This document shows, one piece after another, positions 15,669-20,000 of a stretch of 20,000 bases of DNA; position 1 is the first letter of the stretch, and each line of letters opens with the position of its first letter. The stretch is from the NCBI GenBank assembly GCA_964535955.1, contig CAZHVK010000009.1, forward strand, positions 50,811-70,810, read 5' to 3'. The DNA is from an uncultured Methanosarcinales archaeon (lineage in GTDB: Archaea; Nanobdellota; Nanobdellia; Woesearchaeales; CAXGTL01). A program made the position numbers and the translations under genes. Below the pieces are notes generated by a model that had not been told where the DNA came from, did no database searches, and saw nothing but the letters and a program-made list of their open reading frames with translations.

Positions 15669-16814
15669 ATGATACTAAACCCTAACTGCAGCGAAATAGT
15701 TGCTAGCATCAATGCAAGGAATAATAAAGAACTGATTGAAGTACTTAAAGATATGATGAAAGCATTGAATGCTAAGTTGTATATTACTGCTCCTGAATAT
15801 GGGGATATTGCTGTTAAAAAAGAAAAACAAGAGGGGGTTACAGTACTAAGGTTATTTTCTAAATATAATGATGAAGGAAACATGGATGAAAAGAATTCTA
15901 AATTAATACAAGAAGAGAAACTAAAAACATATTCTTTTAAATTAGAGGTTCCATTGGAATATATTTACTGGAAAGATTATAAAATCAAAATAGATGAAAA
16001 GATCTATGAACTTGTGTTTAAACAAGTTATGTTAACAGACACAAAGACTAAAGAAAAAACATTTATTGAAAATTTTAAGATAGATGTTTCAAGATTATAT
16101 TTTGGTTATATTTCAATAGGTGAACTTGGTTTAAGGTATGGTGGTGCTGAGGATATTGGTGCCTTTAAAGATGGTTCATTGTATATTCAAGAAGATGAAT
16201 ATGATGCTAGTAATTTTCCTGCATTTAAAAAAATATTGCAAAGTCTTGTAAAGAAATATAAGGTTAGTATTAATGGTTATGATGGTGGATCAACAAAGTC
16301 ATTTGATCAATGGTCTAAGTTCAATTTCATTAATTTTCTTATAGACAGGAAAAGGTTTTCACAATGTGGATCTTATGTAGATGGCAAAGTATATATCTGT
16401 GACTGTGAAAACTTAGAAGAATTTAAATCATTTTTAAAAAAACTAAAGAAGGCAGGAGTTGTGCTTGTTGACTATTTGAAAAAAGATAAAAATTCTAAAT
16501 TAAAGTATATCAATCCTAATGATATCCAAGATATTCTTTTGAGTGATGATGCAAAAGCAATTATTAATGGCAAAGAAGTTCCTTTAAAAGATTTATCATT
16601 GGTTCCTATTGACTTAAATGTTTCAAAAGTTGAACAAGATCAGGACTTAATGTATAATTTAGCATATTATGCTCAAATAAGTATGAATCCAAAAGAAAAT
16701 AAAAAAATATTTTATATATTCATGAATGATGAAACAGTAGTTGAAGATAAAGCATTTACAGCACTTATCCAATATCTAGAAAATAATTCAAAGGAAATTT
16801 TTGAAACAAAATGA
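15669..16814 (+). CDS. Hypothetical protein, paralogue B (N-terminal MILNPNCSEIV), radical SAM-associated
   Basis: 381-aa ORF starting 5 nt after paralogue A; ATGA overlap with the radical SAM gene. Confidence 0.85.
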   Translation: MILNPNCSEIVASINARNNKELIEVLKDMMKALNAKLYITAPEYGDIAVKKEKQEGVTVLRLFSKYNDEGNMDEKNSKLIQEEKLKTYSFKLEVPLEYIYWKDYKIKIDEKIYELVFKQVMLTDTKTKEKTFIENFKIDVSRLYFGYISIGELGLRYGGAEDIGAFKDGSLYIQEDEYDASNFPAFKKILQSLVKKYKVSINGYDGGSTKSFDQWSKFNFINFLIDRKRFSQCGSYVDGKVYICDCENLEEFKSFLKKLKKAGVVLVDYLKKDKNSKLKYINPNDIQDILLSDDAKAIINGKEVPLKDLSLVPIDLNVSKVEQDQDLMYNLAYYAQISMNPKENKKIFYIFMNDETVVEDKAFTALIQYLENNSKEIFETK

Positions 16815-17590
16815 TAAAAGTCTTATCACTCCACTTCACAAACAAATGCACAAGATCATGTAAAAACTGCTACATGAAAAACAAGAAGACAAGACCAAAA
16901 CCATTCAAGTTCTTTATGCAGTTTCCAAAGATAGCAAAACAATTAGGCATAAAACAAATAGCTTTGGGTGGTGGTGAACCTTCTATGTTTCCTGATTTTA
17001 TTGAAGAATTTTCCAAAGAATGCAAAAAACACAAAGTCATTGTTAATATGACAACAAATGGTGATAATATAACTAAAGATAATATAAAAAAATTCAAAAA
17101 CATAACATTAATCTCTTTTTCATTTGACAGGTTTAAGATATTATCATTAGATGATATAAAGACTTTATTCAAAAAAATAGATTTAGTCAAAAAAAACAAG
17201 ATCAAAACAGGCATTAATCTTCAATTAGATCCATACTTAATCAAACACTTATATCCTATGTTAGGTGAGATGTTTAAACATGCTGATTATGTTTATCTGC
17301 TTCAGTCAAAGCCAAGCAATCTTAAGCTAGATAAAAACCTAAGAATAAGATTATTAGGTGCAAGAAAATTATTCAAAAAAGTGTATGTTGATGATAGTCT
17401 AAGAATGTGTCTTGGTTTTTCAAAATCATGCCACAGAGGAAGGCAGATTGTTTCAATAGATTTTAGTGGTAATGTTTACAAATGTTCATTTGACAAACCC
17501 TTTGTTAAATTAAAAAAACCACAAGACTTGATAAATATTGTAAAAAAACAATATCCCTTTGAAAAGACATGCGAATGTCCTTTTATATGA
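16811..17590 (+). CDS. Radical SAM enzyme with Twitch/SPASM-like C-terminus
   Basis: CTRSCKNC, GGGEP, MTTNG, SFSFD; CHRGRQIVSIDFSGNVYKCSF and terminal CECP. Confidence 0.93.
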   Translation: MIKVLSLHFTNKCTRSCKNCYMKNKKTRPKPFKFFMQFPKIAKQLGIKQIALGGGEPSMFPDFIEEFSKECKKHKVIVNMTTNGDNITKDNIKKFKNITLISFSFDRFKILSLDDIKTLFKKIDLVKKNKIKTGINLQLDPYLIKHLYPMLGEMFKHADYVYLLQSKPSNLKLDKNLRIRLLGARKLFKKVYVDDSLRMCLGFSKSCHRGRQIVSIDFSGNVYKCSFDKPFVKLKKPQDLINIVKKQYPFEKTCECPFI

Positions 17591-17652
17591 ACTCACTTGT
17601 TCTACACAAACAACCAAAAACTATTTAAACCAATTCCACACAAAACCAATAC

Positions 17653-18417
17653 ATGAACTCAATCTACGCAATAATCAGTGTAATAATAGTATCATTAATC
17701 TCAATAATAGTAGCACTTCCTTTATTGATAAAGAAAAAACCATCTGAAAAATTATTATTATTCTTATTAAGCATATCTGTTGGTGTTTTACTAAGCACTG
17801 TATTCATAAACTTTTTGCCAGAGATTATTGAACATAAATATTCTATAAACACAGCATTATATATCTTAACAGGATTCATATTAATGTTTATATTAGAAAA
17901 GTTTGTACATTTTCATCATTCACATAAATGTGATCATGACCATGGCCATGCTCATGCATATAACCTTGCACCAATCAATTTAATCGGCGATGGCATACAT
18001 AATTTTATAGATGGTCTAGTGATAGCAGGTGCATATGCTACAAACATCACGATTGGTATAACAGCAACCATTTCAATCATATTTCACGAGATTCCGCAAG
18101 AGATTGCAGACTTTGGTGTATTATTATATTCAGGATTGAAAAAGAAAAAAGCATTATTATTCAACTTCTTATCAGCAGCAACAGCAATCCTTGGTACTGT
18201 TATTGGCATTGTTTTAGTAGATAAGATACATTGGTTTAATAATTTCATAATTCCCTTTGCATGCGGCAATTTCTTATACATTGCAGCATCTAACCTATTG
18301 CCACAATTACACAGACATTGTAAACTTAAAGATACTCTTTTCCACCTACTAGCAATCATTATTGGTATTGTGATTATTTTGTTAGTTACAGTGTATGGAC
18401 CTGTTCATATGCATTGA
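17653..18417 (+). CDS. ZIP-family metal (zinc) transporter
   Basis: Multiple TM segments, His-rich loop HFHHSHKCDHDHGHAH, GDGIHNFIDG, HEIPQEIADF. Confidence 0.95.
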   Translation: MNSIYAIISVIIVSLISIIVALPLLIKKKPSEKLLLFLLSISVGVLLSTVFINFLPEIIEHKYSINTALYILTGFILMFILEKFVHFHHSHKCDHDHGHAHAYNLAPINLIGDGIHNFIDGLVIAGAYATNITIGITATISIIFHEIPQEIADFGVLLYSGLKKKKALLFNFLSAATAILGTVIGIVLVDKIHWFNNFIIPFACGNFLYIAASNLLPQLHRHCKLKDTLFHLLAIIIGIVIILLVTVYGPVHMH

Positions 18418-18420
18418 TTC

Positions 18421-18855
18421 TTACCTAATAACTTCTTTAACAGCTCTCTCCAACTTCTCAGCTTCATCACTACCAATCCTATAAACTTTTCCATTTACCA
18501 TCTTGATCTCAACAGCATCAAACCCTGATATATTATAGAGCCAGAAAGGTTTCCAGAATACATATCTTATGCCCCAACCATAATACCAATGATTTTTTAC
18601 AGATTCAACAGAAACAATTTCTTTAATAGGAAATTTCTTTCTAAATATTCCATAACCAAACTTAAGTCTTAGATAATCATGATCAACTGAAACACTAAGT
18701 GTTGAAAAAGATGTAAGAATAATAATTACAGCAAACACCACAATAAGAGCAATAATTTCTAGTTCTTGTGCCACAAAAAGAATAAAGAAATAAATAGCAA
18801 GGATAATATCTATGACAATCATTAGATATCCTATTTGTGTGTGATTGTAAGTCAT
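18421..18855 (-). CDS. Conserved membrane protein, two TM helices plus PH-like domain
   Basis: YNHTQIG, two hydrophobic helices, WYYGWGIR, LYNISGFDAVEI, RIGSDE. Confidence 0.8.
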   Translation of the reverse strand: MTYNHTQIGYLMIVIDIILAIYFFILFVAQELEIIALIVVFAVIIILTSFSTLSVSVDHDYLRLKFGYGIFRKKFPIKEIVSVESVKNHWYYGWGIRYVFWKPFWLYNISGFDAVEIKMVNGKVYRIGSDEAEKLERAVKEVIR

Positions 18856-18919
18856 GATATTGATTTAGGTTTATGAATATATAAAGTTTGTTGTTTAAAG
18901 TATGTATAGAAGAATTAAT

Positions 18920-19321
18920 TCATTCAATCTTCAAAGCTTCCATTATCTTATCAAGCTTTTCATTGATTATTTTAAGATCTTTGCCAGAGTTTCTATTGCC
19001 AGAACCTTTACTAGGACCAGATTTCCCTTCTTTAGCAAAACAATCATCACAAAATAAAGGTTTGCTTGTAGTTGGTTTAAAGGGAACTTCACATTCAGTA
19101 CCACATGAAGAACAAGTAACTTTAGTCATCTGAACATCGCGCCTATTTCTTCTGCCGCGTTTATCTCTGCCTCTGTCACCAAAACCACCTCTTGAATCTC
19201 TCCTTCCTCTTGAAGAACCGCCTCTAGAGTCTCTTCTGCCTCCAAAACCGCTTCTACCTTTACCTGAAGAGCTTCTTTTAGAATCTCTTTTTCCGCCTTT
19301 TGATCTTTCAAATCTTGCCAT
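18920..19321 (-). CDS. CxxC-x17-CxxC zinc-ribbon protein with RG/RS-rich N-terminus
   Basis: CSSC-(17 aa, including EVPFKP)-CDDC; C-terminal INEKLDKIMEAL coiled segment. Confidence 0.92.
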   Translation of the reverse strand: MARFERSKGGKRDSKRSSSGKGRSGFGGRRDSRGGSSRGRRDSRGGFGDRGRDKRGRRNRRDVQMTKVTCSSCGTECEVPFKPTTSKPLFCDDCFAKEGKSGPSKGSGNRNSGKDLKIINEKLDKIMEALKIE

Positions 19322-19427
19322 AAATCAATAAGAATTCAACTTAGTATATAAGGTTATGTGGGAATTGAGTTCTACTAATTGAAGTTTGTAAGAGATGATT
19401 ACTTATAATGTCAGAATTCCTAGGATT

Positions 19428-19787
19428 TTACTTATAACAACTTCCACACTTAGCTTTTGTCCTCACCAATTTCAACAACTTAACAATCTTCTTCTCATCT
19501 ACTTCTTTCAAAGACTTAAACTTAAGATGCCTCATATACTTGCCTTTACCTTTAAAATTATCAGCATCTTTTTTGTTAAGACCTTTCACAGAAAAACCCA
19601 AGTTAACACTATCTTTTAAACCAACTATGTAGAACCAACCTTCATACCAAGCAACACCTAGTTTCTTTTGTTCATTTATTTTTGGAAATGTCTTTAAGAT
19701 TAGTTTTCTTAGTTTATTACATATTTGTTTTTGTGGTGATTTTTGTTTTTTGATATAATCACTAACTTGTTTATTCATATCATGCAC
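19428..19787 (-). CDS. DUF1801 (YdhG-like) domain protein
   Basis: VSDYI, LRKLILKTFP, VNLGF, GKGKYMRHLKF; start may be the ATG of MNKQ at 19778. Confidence 0.85.
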   Translation of the reverse strand: MHDMNKQVSDYIKKQKSPQKQICNKLRKLILKTFPKINEQKKLGVAWYEGWFYIVGLKDSVNLGFSVKGLNKKDADNFKGKGKYMRHLKFKSLKEVDEKKIVKLLKLVRTKAKCGSCYK

Positions 19788-19995
19788 CTAAAAACTTCAA
19801 AGCTTCAAACACCAAGAAAGCAGGCCACACCAATGCTTTTATCACACCCCATACTTCATTCCAAAAACCAGTTGCAGTTGATATGTAATATATCAATGAT
19901 CCTACAAAACCTAAGAAATACATTCCTCCACCATTGCATGAATGTGCAAAATGTTTACATTTTGTTTTTTTTGTTGTTTTTTTCTTTTTTGCCAT
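19780..19995 (-). CDS. Small conserved membrane protein
   Basis: GGGMYFLGFVGSLIYY...FW..WGVIKALVWPAFLV, two hydrophobic segments; overlaps the next gene. Confidence 0.75.
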   Translation of the reverse strand: MAKKKKTTKKTKCKHFAHSCNGGGMYFLGFVGSLIYYISTATGFWNEVWGVIKALVWPAFLVFEALKFLGA

Positions 19996-20000
19996 ATTAT

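Noticed and set aside
19359..19421. Possible second C/D sRNA (GGAATT...ATGATTA...CAGA-ATTCC)
   Set aside because: Boxes too degenerate and no recognisable rRNA or tRNA complementarity

Overview
AT-rich archaeal chromosome segment, most consistent with a DPANN archaeon such as Woesearchaeota (inferred from rps19e-rpl39e-rpl31e-cbf5, Lys/Glu-rich ribosomal protein tails, BHB-type tRNA introns and TATA-type promoters). Housekeeping and metabolic genes include three Nudix-domain genes, a NYN/LabA nuclease, a zinc metalloprotease, GDPD, a thioredoxin-like protein, MtnA, an RlaP-like nucleotidyltransferase, a ZIP transporter, a CxxC-x17-CxxC protein and DUF1801. Non-coding features the ORF track misses: (1) tRNA-Val(GAC) with three insertions; (2) a two-intron tRNA-Thr whose anticodon reads AGU, an A34 tRNA that is very unusual in archaea; (3) a dual-guide C/D box sRNA complementary to the 23S peptidyl-transferase centre; (4) an unassigned 111-nt structured RNA; (5) a structured leader before the NYN gene; (6) a 179-bp MITE-like element with a 10-bp target-site duplication; (7) a double-hairpin module found both inside that MITE and in frame inside a protein-coding gene. 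The best candidate for an undescribed protein system is an operon of two paralogues with an identical N-terminus (MILNPNCSEIV) followed by a radical SAM enzyme. A 100-N assembly gap lies in a 15-bp tandem repeat in rpl31e.
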